NCBI GenBank assembly: GCA_034437055.1
Contig: DAOTUQ010000057.1
Span: forward strand, 23,940-87,939
DNA: 64,000 bases
Origin: Anaerolineae bacterium
GTDB taxonomy: Bacteria > Chloroflexota > Anaerolineae > Aggregatilineales > Phototrophicaceae
Direction: 5' to 3'
Part shown: one piece after another, positions 25,761 through 35,161 of the stretch
Layout: the number at the start of each line of letters is the position of its first letter
Position numbering within the stretch: the stretch's first letter is position 1
The notes under the pieces: model-generated
Databases searched by the model: none
What the model was told of the DNA's origin: nothing
Seen by the model: the letters and a program-made list of their open reading frames with translations, nothing else
Made by a program: the position numbers and the translations under genes

Positions 25761-26293
25761 TCCGTCGGGAAAATGTCTTTGACCGCGATGGTGAAGCTGG
25801 GCAGCACGTCGCCGCCGTCAAGCGTGTCCGCGATGCCCAGTTCGATCACGTCTTTGCCCGGCAGATACACTTCGATGGTTTGTGCCTCAGGAAAGACCAG
25901 CCACACCATTTTCGTGCCGAAGCGCAAATAGGTTTCGGCTTTCTTACGGAGTTCGCGCTTACTGTCGTTGGGGGATTTCACGTCGATGGCGAGATCGGGC
26001 GCGCCTTCCACTTCGCGCGCGGGGCGCTGCGGCATTCGCACTTTCGAGATGTACCCCACATCGGGCATGGGAGCATGATCGTCGGAGAGAATGTACGACC
26101 CGTCGGTCACGGTTGTGAAACCGATAGGGTTTTTCATGAGGTAGTTATTGATAAACGTTACCAACCAACCAGCCATATTCGATGGCGTAAAGCCGCCCAT
26201 TTTCTCGATAATCTCCCCGTCGATGAGTTCAAAGAGGCGACCTTTGTTCTCTGGCAGATCGCAAAACGCGCGAAATTCGGCAATCGTCATCAC
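25757..26293 (-). CDS. Uma2 family endonuclease (intact)
   Basis: FELIDGEIIEK, PDVGYIS, APDLAIDVKSPNDS and KKAETYLRFGTKMVWLVFP. Confidence 0.88.
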   Translation of the reverse strand: MMTIAEFRAFCDLPENKGRLFELIDGEIIEKMGGFTPSNMAGWLVTFINNYLMKNPIGFTTVTDGSYILSDDHAPMPDVGYISKVRMPQRPAREVEGAPDLAIDVKSPNDSKRELRKKAETYLRFGTKMVWLVFPEAQTIEVYLPGKDVIELGIADTLDGGDVLPSFTIAVKDIFPTE

Positions 26294-26326
26294 AGCCCCT
26301 CACTCAGTTATTATTTGATTATATCC

Positions 26327-26860
26327 TTATTCCGGCGGCACCCACGCCCCTTCGGGGTTGCGTTCACCCGCGCGAATCGCCGCCTTGATGCGATTTTCTG
26401 GCGGCGTCAGCGGACACGAATAGCCCACCGCATAGGCACAGTACGGGTTGTACGCCGCGTTGAAATCGACGTGAAAGCGATTCGCCGTCAGCCGTTCCGG
26501 TTCGAGATAGCGCCCCGCCGGATACGTTTCGTCCGGCGCGCTCGCATCTGCGAATGGCAAAAAGTAGCCGAACGGCGTCTCGTAGATCGTTAGCGTCACC
26601 TCTTGTTCATCGACCGTAACCGTGAAACGCCCGAAGCGCGTATAGCGGCGCAGTTCACCCGTCGTCGTCTGGAATAGAATCGCAGCGTCGTCCGTGACGC
26701 GCTCGACCTCCACGACCAGATCGAGCGCCGGATTCGGGTCGTAGTAACGCAAGCCAGCGAACAAAGTCTGCTGATCTTCCGACAGCGGCGATTGTTCGCT
26801 GGTCTTGAAAAATTGGTCTTTCTCGCGGCGAATGCCGATTATTTCATCACGATTCATCAT
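26327..26860 (-). CDS. DUF1684-like protein
   Basis: KDQFFK...SPL, GLRYYDPNP, YPAGRYL, DFNAAYNPYCAY and CPLTPPENRI, as I recall for DUF1684. Confidence 0.65.
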   Translation of the reverse strand: MMNRDEIIGIRREKDQFFKTSEQSPLSEDQQTLFAGLRYYDPNPALDLVVEVERVTDDAAILFQTTTGELRRYTRFGRFTVTVDEQEVTLTIYETPFGYFLPFADASAPDETYPAGRYLEPERLTANRFHVDFNAAYNPYCAYAVGYSCPLTPPENRIKAAIRAGERNPEGAWVPPE

Positions 26861-26872
26861 GTTGCCCTACAT

Positions 26873-27865
26873 TCATACTTTATTCGGCGCGACTGTCCGC
26901 CCGTGCGCCATCGGAATCCACACTTGCGCAGACGGCGCGTTGAACAACTGCGCCAGCTTGTTCGCCCCGCCCGCTGCCCCTTTGATGCGTAGTTTGCCCG
27001 TCAATCCGGCGACCGTCGGATTGAGCATGTTGAACACCGACGCCTTCAGATATGTCACCAGATCGGTACGCATGGTGATATCGGCATCGTCCGTCCATCC
27101 CGACTGGATGGTGCAAACCTGCGGCAGATCATGTGCCTCGCCCAAAAATTCGGTGCGTCCCATCCCAACGTCAGCGGGACGTGCGCTCGGATCAATCGTC
27201 ATCGTCCATGCGATTGCCCCCGATTCGGGCAGTTTGATTTCCAGCGACCATCGGAGCGGCTTATCGCGCAAAAGTGCTTTCGTCCGCGCGGGATCGACCG
27301 CGCCCGCCATCATTTCAAGATTAAAAGCGAGCGCGCGCCGCAGTGCTGCCGGCGCGATGATGGGATGCTTGCTGTCATAACGCAAACCCGTTTCTGCCAA
27401 ATGCAGCCAGTTGTGCCATTGGATGTATTCCAACGCCAAGCGCGTCGTCCGCCAACCGCGCACACGCAGCGTCATGAGCCATACCGGCGCGTCCAGACCA
27501 CGGGGCAGTTCGCGCAGGCTGGCGATTGCGGCGCGCAGCATGTCCTGCGAGTCGCGCAGGGTGGTGAGGCTGTCGGCGCTGCCGCCCGACCAGCGCATCG
27601 CGCGCAAACCGGCTTGATTCCAAGCGTCGAGTTGTTCGAGGTTGATAATGGAGGGCGAGTCTTCGATGTCAGAGTCCATGCCGATCAAGAGCATGTTGGC
27701 GATCATCCGATTGTAAATCGCCATGTGATACGGCACGTCCGCGAAAATCCAATCCGCGCCGTGCGAACGCGCCCATTCCACATCAGCGAAACGCGCGAAA
27801 AAACGATTGGCAGCGTCCCATGTCGCATCGAGATCGGCAAGCAGCGCGCGGTCGTCGTCATTCAT
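26873..27865 (-). CDS. DinB/MDMPI-like N-terminal domain plus SCP2-like C-terminal domain protein
   Basis: N-terminal W..DV.YH pattern. C-terminal LNPTVAGLTGKLRIKGAAGGANKLAQLF is SCP2-like. The start was chosen at ATG 27865 (GAAAGG RBS); the ORF track starts at 27946. Confidence 0.55.
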   Translation of the reverse strand: MNDDDRALLADLDATWDAANRFFARFADVEWARSHGADWIFADVPYHMAIYNRMIANMLLIGMDSDIEDSPSIINLEQLDAWNQAGLRAMRWSGGSADSLTTLRDSQDMLRAAIASLRELPRGLDAPVWLMTLRVRGWRTTRLALEYIQWHNWLHLAETGLRYDSKHPIIAPAALRRALAFNLEMMAGAVDPARTKALLRDKPLRWSLEIKLPESGAIAWTMTIDPSARPADVGMGRTEFLGEAHDLPQVCTIQSGWTDDADITMRTDLVTYLKASVFNMLNPTVAGLTGKLRIKGAAGGANKLAQLFNAPSAQVWIPMAHGRTVAPNKV

Positions 27866-27967
27866 CGGCAAAAGCCTTTCTACGAATACGCTCAACCCTA
27901 GAATGAAACAGAGAAAACTACAAGTTCGATTATGGCTCATGGTCAAAATGAGCCTCGACTTTTGTGC

Positions 27968-29962
27968 CTACACGCATCCCGTCCCCGCGCGCACAGCGTC
28001 GGATGCCGGCGTATTCAAACTGGAGCGCGCCAACAGCCCGCACAGAGGCGCTGGATCGGGTATGAGCGCCATCATCTGATCGATCAACATCTGTGCGCGT
28101 TCGCTGTCGTTCAAGCGAAGCGCCGCTTCGATGAACGGCAGCAGTTCGGTCGGATCGACGGGCGCGAAGCCCGCCGTTGCCGCCGCGTCAAACTGTGCCA
28201 GCACCCTCACCCAATCACCGCGCTGCCGTGCCAAGTCGCCACGCTGAAAGAAATTACACCAGTCGAGGGGCGGCGGCGCGCCGAAGATGCCCGCGTTCGG
28301 GACGATAGGCGGTGCATCCGCCAAGATCAGATCGATCTGCGAGAGCGCGGCGGTGGGTGCATCACCGCTCCAAATCGGTAGTTCACCGCGCCGCGAGTCG
28401 AGGACGCGCAAGCACGAACCGCCGTGCGGCGCGAGGACGACCAGCGGCGTCTCGTAATGGTTGTTCACCCAGATGATTCCGCCCCGATAGGGAATGCGCT
28501 GCATCTGCCCTACGCCCATCGCCAACACCGACCCGTCGTGCAGATAGTCGAAGCCGAGCGGCGGCGTAAAATCGTCCGTACCGAACCAACCGTCCCAGTT
28601 CCAATCATAGAAATAGAGCAGATTGAACGCGAACGTCCACTGGGACATGATATCGACATACAGATTAGTGGTGATATCTGGATTGCTCAAGATCACTGCC
28701 GTCCCCTCGCGGAGCTGCGGGGCGCGCTCGCTTAACTGCCAGAAGATTTGTCGCTGCGCTTCCCAATTGCGGCTGAACGCGGCGGCGTTGCCCAACTGGG
28801 TGAGCGTGGCGACGCCGATTAACAGCGTGGGGAAGATCGCCCGCAGCCGCACCGGAAACAGCATCGTAACGCCCATCACGACCAAGACCGCACCGAAGAC
28901 TGCTGACAGCGAAAAACGATTCGCGTCCGAATTGAACGCCGGAAATTGGAACGTGAACACCGATAATAAAAGTGCCGCCGCTGCCGCTGCGATCCCGCCG
29001 CCGATCAGCGCAACACCCCAACGCCGCGCGGATTCGCGCCCATCCAACGGCGCAAGCCGCGTATAGATGACGAACGCGCCGCCCGCGATCAGCGCCACAC
29101 CCACGACCCAGATTCCAAATAATGATGTGAACGCAGCAGCATCGGGGAAGCGCAGTCCCAACGGAGCGAACCATGCTGACACTAGCATATCCCACACATC
29201 GACTGAGTAGCGGGTCAGGAAATTCGAGAACGCATTATCGTATCGTTCGTACAGTTCCAAAACATGACTCAAATCGACGCTGGGGCGGGTCGGCACGAAA
29301 ATCGCCAGCCGCCAGAACAAGAAGATCGCAACCATGATGGCATAGGGCGCAAACGACCAGAGCAACCTTCCGATGCGACGTGCGAACGATGGTGCGTGCA
29401 AAGCCGGGCGAAATGCGACAATTAGTAGGAACAACCAGCGCACAACTTCCAGCGGCAGAAAGCTATCTACGACATACAAATACACCAGTCCGCTGATCAC
29501 CGCGAGGATGCGGAGCGTCCAGCGCGCGCGCGCCGAATATGCGATCTCTCCGTAGACGGTCAATGCGAACGAGACGGCTGCCAGCGACAAGCTGAAGACG
29601 TAATTGTGCGTGACAACGGGCATCGGCATCATGAGATAGCCGGGATAGATCGTGAATAGGATCGCCGCACCCAACGCCGCCGTCCGTTGACGTGGGAACA
29701 GCGCGCGCAAGGCGACCCACAGCGCTATGCCGCCGATCACATGCACCGCCCATTGAACAAGGTGGCGCACCTGCAAATCGGTGCCGAACCATGTATGGGT
29801 AAGCTCGAACAGATAGCTGGAGCCGGGACGGTCGTCCGAGATCACCGCGACCAAATTATGCGCGCCGAGCGCATGACCTACCCAGAGGAAGAACGCATCG
29901 TCCGAGTATTGTCCCAAGCGCGCTATCAACGGTAGATACGCGAGCGCCGCAATGACAATCAA
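27968..29962 (-). CDS. Large polytopic membrane protein, GT-C (ArnT/PMT-like) glycosyltransferase candidate
   Basis: At least 10 predicted TMs and an N-terminus LPLIARLGQYSDDAFF resembling GT-C enzymes. The start is uncertain. The ORF-track N-terminus overlaps the tRNA and its terminator, and the first plausible in-frame start is TTG 29962. Confidence 0.5.
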   Translation of the reverse strand: MIVIAALAYLPLIARLGQYSDDAFFLWVGHALGAHNLVAVISDDRPGSSYLFELTHTWFGTDLQVRHLVQWAVHVIGGIALWVALRALFPRQRTAALGAAILFTIYPGYLMMPMPVVTHNYVFSLSLAAVSFALTVYGEIAYSARARWTLRILAVISGLVYLYVVDSFLPLEVVRWLFLLIVAFRPALHAPSFARRIGRLLWSFAPYAIMVAIFLFWRLAIFVPTRPSVDLSHVLELYERYDNAFSNFLTRYSVDVWDMLVSAWFAPLGLRFPDAAAFTSLFGIWVVGVALIAGGAFVIYTRLAPLDGRESARRWGVALIGGGIAAAAAALLLSVFTFQFPAFNSDANRFSLSAVFGAVLVVMGVTMLFPVRLRAIFPTLLIGVATLTQLGNAAAFSRNWEAQRQIFWQLSERAPQLREGTAVILSNPDITTNLYVDIMSQWTFAFNLLYFYDWNWDGWFGTDDFTPPLGFDYLHDGSVLAMGVGQMQRIPYRGGIIWVNNHYETPLVVLAPHGGSCLRVLDSRRGELPIWSGDAPTAALSQIDLILADAPPIVPNAGIFGAPPPLDWCNFFQRGDLARQRGDWVRVLAQFDAAATAGFAPVDPTELLPFIEAALRLNDSERAQMLIDQMMALIPDPAPLCGLLARSSLNTPASDAVRAGTGCV

Positions 29963-29993
29963 GACAATGAGGGCGAATAGAAATTCATACCGT

Positions 29994-30024
29994 AATAAAA
30001 AAGCCCGACATACAAATATCGGGC
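29994..30024 (-). terminator. Rho-independent terminator after tRNA-Ser
   Basis: Minus strand: AGCCCGA, a 10-nt loop, TCGGGCT, then TTTTTTA. Confidence 0.75.
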
Positions 30025-30032
30025 TTCTTTGT

Positions 30033-30119
30033 GAGGAGAAGGGGGGATTCGAACCCCCGATAGCTGTGAAGCTATTCTCATTTTCGAGACGAGCCCGTTC
30101 AACCACTCCGGCACCTCTC
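30033..30119 (-). tRNA. tRNA-Ser (anticodon CGA), type II with a long variable arm
   Basis: Folded by hand. Acceptor GGAGAGG/CTTCTCC (one G-U). Anticodon stem CTCGT/ATGAG with loop CTCGAAA. Variable hairpin ATAGCT-TCAC-AGCTAT. T arm GGGGG-TTCGAAT-CCCCC. CCA is not encoded. Confidence 0.9.
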
Positions 30120-30235
30120 CATAGGAAAACATTTTATGCGAAGTCGCGCAAAAATAAAAGTGTAAACTAGAACGTAAAAAATAATAATTGACGCAGCTTG
30201 CAAAATGCGATTTCTGAATGTGCCGGTTCCAATGC

Positions 30236-30300
30236 TTGACATCGACTGCGATATCCATCATTATATCTGTGACGGATATATCCATAGTCGATATACATAA
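30236..30300 (+). promoter_or_regulatory. padR promoter with overlapping inverted repeats (probable PadR operator)
   Basis: TTGACA (30236-30241), a 17-nt spacer and CATTAT (30259-30264). The imperfect inverted repeat ATCGACTGCGATATCC ... GGATATATCCATAGTCGAT spans the core promoter. Confidence 0.5.
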
Positions 30301-30308
30301 GGTCAAGC

Positions 30309-30668
30309 ATGGCGAATACCACATCACCACAGGGAATGCTCCCCCTTACCCCCGCGGTTTTTCACATCTTGCTGGCGCTGGCAGATGGCGAAAAACACGG
30401 CTACGCGATCATGCAGGAGGTGACGACGCTCACCAACGGCGACGTAAAGATGGGACCCGGCACGCTGTACGGCTCGATCAAACGGATGCTCGACACCGGG
30501 TTAATTGCCGAAAGCGACGAACGACCCGATCTGGCGCTCGACGATGAACGCCGCCGCTATTACCAGATCACCCCGTTTGGCGAACAGGTCGCCAGAGCCG
30601 AAGCGCAGCGGTTGGCGGCACTGCTGCGCGCGGCACAGTCGAAGCAACTGATGGGCGGCACATCATGA
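30309..30668 (+). CDS. PadR family transcriptional regulator
   Basis: ILLALADGEKHGYAIMQEV...GPGTLYGSIKRML...RRRYYQITPFG. Confidence 0.9.
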   Translation: MANTTSPQGMLPLTPAVFHILLALADGEKHGYAIMQEVTTLTNGDVKMGPGTLYGSIKRMLDTGLIAESDERPDLALDDERRRYYQITPFGEQVARAEAQRLAALLRAAQSKQLMGGTS

Positions 30669-31510
30669 TGAACACAGACCCACGCGCATCCCAATTGATG
30701 AACACGTCGGAACGGGTGTATCGCGCCCTGCTGATCCTGTACCCCGCCGCTTTCCGCCGCGAATATGGACGGCACATGACGCAAGTTTTCCGCGATCTGT
30801 GCCGCGATGCGGTCGCGCGCGGCGGCAGGTGGGGTTTGGTGAACTGCTGGGCTGCCGCCCTGCTCGACCTGCTTAAATCCGTAATCACAGAACACAGAAA
30901 GGTCGATATCGCCATGTCCAAAGCAAAGTTCATCCAATCGAGCGGGTGGTTCTGTCTGTTGGGCGGCGTCTTGTTCGTCGCCAGCAGCCTCAGCCAGCTT
31001 CAACCCGGTTCGTTTCTTTCGTCCGACGGACTTTATCGGGCATCGATTCTCGCACTTGTTCCCGGCATGATCTTCATCACACTCGGATTGTTGGGGCTGT
31101 ATCTGCGCCTCCATGCCCAGATGAATTTCTTCGGCAAGCTGTCACTGCTGACGGCGCTGATCGGCGCGGGGGTTACGTCGGTCGCATGGATGCTGACGGT
31201 CGTTCGCATCGAGGGCTTTTACAGTCTGTTCATCGTCGGTTGGATGGTTCACCTCATTGGTATGAGCGTATTCGGCGGTTATGCCACCACCGATCATCTG
31301 CTGCCACGCTGGAACGTGACGTTTTTGATCGGTAGCGGGCTGCCATTGGCGGTGATCGTGATCGCGTCGGGAGCCTTGCAGCGCGATCCATCTGGCGTGA
31401 GTTGGGGAATGTTCGCTATGCTGCTGCTGATGGGGATCAGTTGGATTTTGACGGGCTTGGTGCTCAACAGCGGGCGCATCGACACCGTTCAGCCCGCGCC
31501 AGCGTCGTAA
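30665..31510 (+). CDS. PadR-associated membrane protein (hypothetical)
   Basis: ATGA overlap with padR. The N-terminal cytosolic helix region (YRALLILYPAAFRREYG) is followed by about 6 TMs. Confidence 0.7.
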   Translation: MMNTDPRASQLMNTSERVYRALLILYPAAFRREYGRHMTQVFRDLCRDAVARGGRWGLVNCWAAALLDLLKSVITEHRKVDIAMSKAKFIQSSGWFCLLGGVLFVASSLSQLQPGSFLSSDGLYRASILALVPGMIFITLGLLGLYLRLHAQMNFFGKLSLLTALIGAGVTSVAWMLTVVRIEGFYSLFIVGWMVHLIGMSVFGGYATTDHLLPRWNVTFLIGSGLPLAVIVIASGALQRDPSGVSWGMFAMLLLMGISWILTGLVLNSGRIDTVQPAPAS

Positions 31511-31542
31511 ACGTACATGATTGGGGCGTGCAGCGGCGCGCC

Positions 31543-32001
31543 CTACGTCCGCAGCCCATCAAAAAACGCTTGCAACTGTGCCGCCGCTTCGTTCGCCAGC
31601 ACGCCCGCCGATACATCGACGCGATGATTGAGCTGGTCATGACGCAATAAATCGACCACGCTGCCCGCCGCGCCCGCCTTCGGATCGAGCGCCGCATAAA
31701 CCAAACGCGGCAGCCGCGCCAAGACCATCGCGCCCGCGCACATCGGACACGGTTCGAGCGTGCAATACAGCGTGACGCCGTGCAGCCGCCAGTGTCCCAA
31801 TGCTGCCGCTGCCTGACGAATGGCGATCATTTCGGCGTGCGCGGTCGGATCGTGATCGGCTTCGCGGCGGTTGCAGCCCGCGCCGATGATGCGCCCCTCG
31901 TAGACGGCAAGCGCGCCAATCGGCACATCATTCGTGTGCAAGGCTTTGGCGGCTTCTGCCAGCGCGAGGCGCATGTAGTCGAGATCAGTGAGGCGCAGCA
32001 T
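31543..32001 (-). CDS. tadA: tRNA adenosine(34) deaminase
   Basis: HAEMIAIRQAA and TLEPCPMCAGAM deaminase zinc motifs. Confidence 0.92.
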   Translation of the reverse strand: MLRLTDLDYMRLALAEAAKALHTNDVPIGALAVYEGRIIGAGCNRREADHDPTAHAEMIAIRQAAAALGHWRLHGVTLYCTLEPCPMCAGAMVLARLPRLVYAALDPKAGAAGSVVDLLRHDQLNHRVDVSAGVLANEAAAQLQAFFDGLRT

Positions 32002-32004
32002 TGG

Positions 32005-32613
32005 TCAAAACAACGCCAACTGTTTGACTTCGCGGACGGGCGGCATCGATGCTTCGGGCGTTTGATCGGGTGTCGTCGGCGCTTCGGCTTCGGGATCGAT
32101 CTGCGCGACCACATCGCCTAAAGTAGCGTCACCATCAGAATATGCCTCCACGACAGCGGGCATCGCTGCGTCCTCGCCCTCGTTGATATCGCGCAGCAAG
32201 TCGTCTTCGCTCAACGTCGCCAACAGCGCATCAACATCGATGAGGTCAGGCGGCGCAGCATCGATGTTCAGCGCGGGGACAGCGAGCGACAATACCGTTT
32301 CAGGGACAGCGGCGGGCGTTTCTACGTCGGACACGCCCAACGCTGTCCCGCCAGCCAGAACGGCAGTTTCATCCGTCACTTCGACAAGATAGCCACTGAT
32401 GATGCCCAATGCCTGCCGATACAGCGCGTCGATCTCAGTTTGGGCGAAGCCCGCGCGCTCGATCAGCACGCGGCGCAAGTTATCGGCGTTGCCTTGCGGC
32501 GCGCCCCCCGCCGCCACTTCGCGGATCACATGGATGTAATGCGCGCACAGACAAGCGTGCCAATCGTCGTCGAAGGGGCGCGGATTGTTGGCGCTGGCGA
32601 GATGCAGACTCAT
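32005..32613 (-). CDS. Hypothetical protein with an acidic, disordered-looking C-terminal half
   Basis: 202-aa ORF, GC3-biased and tightly packed between the beta-CASP gene and tadA. No motif was recognised. Confidence 0.6.
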   Translation of the reverse strand: MSLHLASANNPRPFDDDWHACLCAHYIHVIREVAAGGAPQGNADNLRRVLIERAGFAQTEIDALYRQALGIISGYLVEVTDETAVLAGGTALGVSDVETPAAVPETVLSLAVPALNIDAAPPDLIDVDALLATLSEDDLLRDINEGEDAAMPAVVEAYSDGDATLGDVVAQIDPEAEAPTTPDQTPEASMPPVREVKQLALF

Positions 32614-32616
32614 CGC

Positions 32617-34020
32617 TCAGACCTCGAACGACTGTCCACGATCTGGGATGGCAACCGCGACGCCGTGCCGCTCATGCAGCTTTTGCGCCAAAACGGTTTG
32701 CGCGTCGCCTTCGCCGTGAACCAAGAATGTTTGGCGCGGCTTGCGCCCCATCGCGCCGACCCAATCGAGCAAGCCCGCTTGATCGGCGTGACCGCTGAAG
32801 CCGCTCAAGACTTCGACTTGGGCGCGATTAGCGTAAGACCGTCCGAAGATGCGCACTTCGCGCTGTTTATCGACCAGTTTCCGTCCGAGCGTGTTCTCGG
32901 CTTGGTAGCCGACGACCAAGACCGTCGTGCGCGGGTCTTCGATGCGATTCTTGAGGTGATGCAAAATGCGCCCCGCCTCCATCATGCCGCTGGCGGCGAT
33001 AATCACGGCGGGCGTGGTCAAAAAGTTGAGTTTTTTGCTGTCCTCGGTCGTGCGCGTGTAATGCAACCGCTCGAAGCCGAACGGGTCTTGGTCGCCGCGC
33101 AACCCGCTGACGAATGCCTGAATTTCGCTGTCGTAACATTCGGGATGCGTGCGAAAGACGGCGGTCACGTCGATAGCGAGTGGACTATCCACATAAATCG
33201 GCACGTCGGGCAGATCACCCGCGCGCGCCAGTTGGTGCAGCGTGTAAACGACCTGCTGTGTCCGCCCGACAGCGAACGCCGGAATCAGCACCATGCCGCC
33301 GCGCTTGACCGTCTCCCCGATAATCCGTTCCATCGCGTGGGTGTCATCAATGTAGGGCGGATGCAGGGTATCGCCGTAGGTGCTTTCCATGATCAGCACA
33401 TCCGCGCCGTCGATGGTCTGTGGATCGCGGATGATCGGGATGCCTGCCCGTCCGAGATCGCCGCTGAACACCAGCCGGATATCGCGTTTCTGTGCTTGAT
33501 CTTCGATATCGAGGACGACGAACGCGCTGCCGAGCATGTGTCCCGCGTCTTTGAAGGTCACCGTCACGCCGGGCAGAATCGTGCGTGGGCGGTCATAGTC
33601 CTGCGAGATGAATTGGCTCAAGCTCGCTTTTGCGTCGTCTTGCGTATAGAGCGGCTCTGCGTCGGGTTCGTCGCCCCTGCGTTTCTTGTTGACGAATTCG
33701 ACATCTTTCTCTTGGATGCGCGCGCTGTCCATCAGCATCGTCGCGCACAGGTCGCGCGTGGCGTGCGTACACAGGATATCGCCGTCGTAACCGCGCTTGA
33801 CCAAATTCGGGATGTTGCCGCAGTGATCGATGTGCGCGTGCGACAAGATCATGTAATCGATGGATGCTGCGTCGAACGGCAGTTCCTTATTGCGTGTGTA
33901 CGCTTCCGCGCGTCTGCCCTGATACAAGCCGCAGTCGAGCAAAATCCGCTTGCCATTGACTTCGATCAAATGCTGCGATCCGGTGACGGTTCGCGCCGCG
34001 CCGTGAAATGTCAGCCGCAT
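32617..34020 (-). CDS. MBL-fold beta-CASP RNA-metabolising hydrolase
   Basis: LSHAHIDHCGNIP (HxHxDH) plus beta-CASP-like downstream motifs (TYGD, AFAVGRTQ, SGHAD). Confidence 0.88.
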   Translation of the reverse strand: MRLTFHGAARTVTGSQHLIEVNGKRILLDCGLYQGRRAEAYTRNKELPFDAASIDYMILSHAHIDHCGNIPNLVKRGYDGDILCTHATRDLCATMLMDSARIQEKDVEFVNKKRRGDEPDAEPLYTQDDAKASLSQFISQDYDRPRTILPGVTVTFKDAGHMLGSAFVVLDIEDQAQKRDIRLVFSGDLGRAGIPIIRDPQTIDGADVLIMESTYGDTLHPPYIDDTHAMERIIGETVKRGGMVLIPAFAVGRTQQVVYTLHQLARAGDLPDVPIYVDSPLAIDVTAVFRTHPECYDSEIQAFVSGLRGDQDPFGFERLHYTRTTEDSKKLNFLTTPAVIIAASGMMEAGRILHHLKNRIEDPRTTVLVVGYQAENTLGRKLVDKQREVRIFGRSYANRAQVEVLSGFSGHADQAGLLDWVGAMGRKPRQTFLVHGEGDAQTVLAQKLHERHGVAVAIPDRGQSFEV

Positions 34021-34027
34021 AATGCCC

Positions 34028-35161
34028 TCACTTCCGAAATTTTTGCAGCACGGTCAGTATATCATCCCCATACGTCTTGAGCCGCCACGCGCCGAACATG
34101 CGAATGTCGCGCATGTCCTCAACCAACGTCGGATTGCGCGTCGCAATCTCCCACAGTGCCTCTTTGCTGATGATCACGTCCGTATCGACACCGCGTTCGT
34201 GTGCCTTCGCCCGCCGCCAATCGCGCAGCGCCGTGTAGCGATCCACAATCAAGGGTTCAGTCGACGGTTGCACCGGCGGTGGTGGAGGCGGCTTGGCGTG
34301 CAGCCCAGACGCAATCGCATCCAGCAGTTCGATGCCGTATTCATCGAACAAAGCTATCGGCATATCGCTCACGTTCAGCAGATCATCGGGCGTCTGCGGC
34401 GCTTTGCGCGCCAAACTCGCCAGCGTTTTGTCTTGCAGCACGCGGAACACGGGCAGGTTGCGCGCCCGCGCAATTTGATCGCGCAGCAAGTACAGTTCGC
34501 GCAAGACCGCCGTTTGCCGCGCGTTCAGTTGAATCGGCAGCGCGATGCGCCAATAGCCTTCCGAGTCGAAGCGCGAGTCCGTCGGCGCAACCATGCACAA
34601 ATCCGCGAACGTCTCCCGCGCCTCGGAGCAGCGCCCTAAGCGCGTGAGTTCGCTCGCCAATTTGTCCCGGAGCGCGCCGAGATAATGCGCGTCCATTTGC
34701 GCATACATGAGGCTGTCATGCTCCAGCGGACGCGCGCCCCAATCGTCCAATTGGTGACTCTTGTCGAGCCGAACACTGAAATGCCGTTCCAACAGGGGGC
34801 TTAAACCGACCGTCTTATAGCCGCAGATGCGTGCCGCCGCCATCGTATCGAACACATTGACGAACGTGAAATTGAAATCGCGCCGCAGCGCCATCACATC
34901 ATTTTCGGCGGCGTGGATGATCTTTTCGATGCGATTATCCGCCATCACGGGCGCAAGCGGCGTGAGATCGTTGACCGCCAGCGGATCGACCAAGTAATCG
35001 TTCTCGCTGGTCGAAATCTGAATCAGGCAGACCTGCTCTCGATAGGCATGAAGGCTGTTCGACTCGGTATCCAACGCCAAACGCGGCGCACGGAACAGCA
35101 TGTCGATCAGCGCGCGCAGTCGGTCGTCTGTGTCGATATAGATGTACGGTCTCATAGCCAC
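34028..35161 (-). CDS. rnd: Ribonuclease D (DEDD 3'-5' exonuclease plus HRDC)
   Basis: LDTESNSLHAYREQVCLIQIS, HAAENDV, YAQMDAHYL and an HRDC-like RELYLLRDQIARARNLPVFRVL. Confidence 0.88.
   Translation of the reverse strand: MAMRPYIYIDTDDRLRALIDMLFRAPRLALDTESNSLHAYREQVCLIQISTSENDYLVDPLAVNDLTPLAPVMADNRIEKIIHAAENDVMALRRDFNFTFVNVFDTMAAARICGYKTVGLSPLLERHFSVRLDKSHQLDDWGARPLEHDSLMYAQMDAHYLGALRDKLASELTRLGRCSEARETFADLCMVAPTDSRFDSEGYWRIALPIQLNARQTAVLRELYLLRDQIARARNLPVFRVLQDKTLASLARKAPQTPDDLLNVSDMPIALFDEYGIELLDAIASGLHAKPPPPPPVQPSTEPLIVDRYTALRDWRRAKAHERGVDTDVIISKEALWEIATRNPTLVEDMRDIRMFGAWRLKTYGDDILTVLQKFRK

Noticed and set aside
25149-30119. Genomic island integrated at tRNA-Ser
   Set aside because: There is no integrase, no direct repeat of the tRNA 3' end, and no compositional shift. 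The genes are ordinary metabolic or membrane genes plus Uma2 copies.
32440-34080. 546-aa plus-strand ORF
   Set aside because: It is antisense to the beta-CASP hydrolase (HxHxDH present on the minus strand). It is a shadow ORF.
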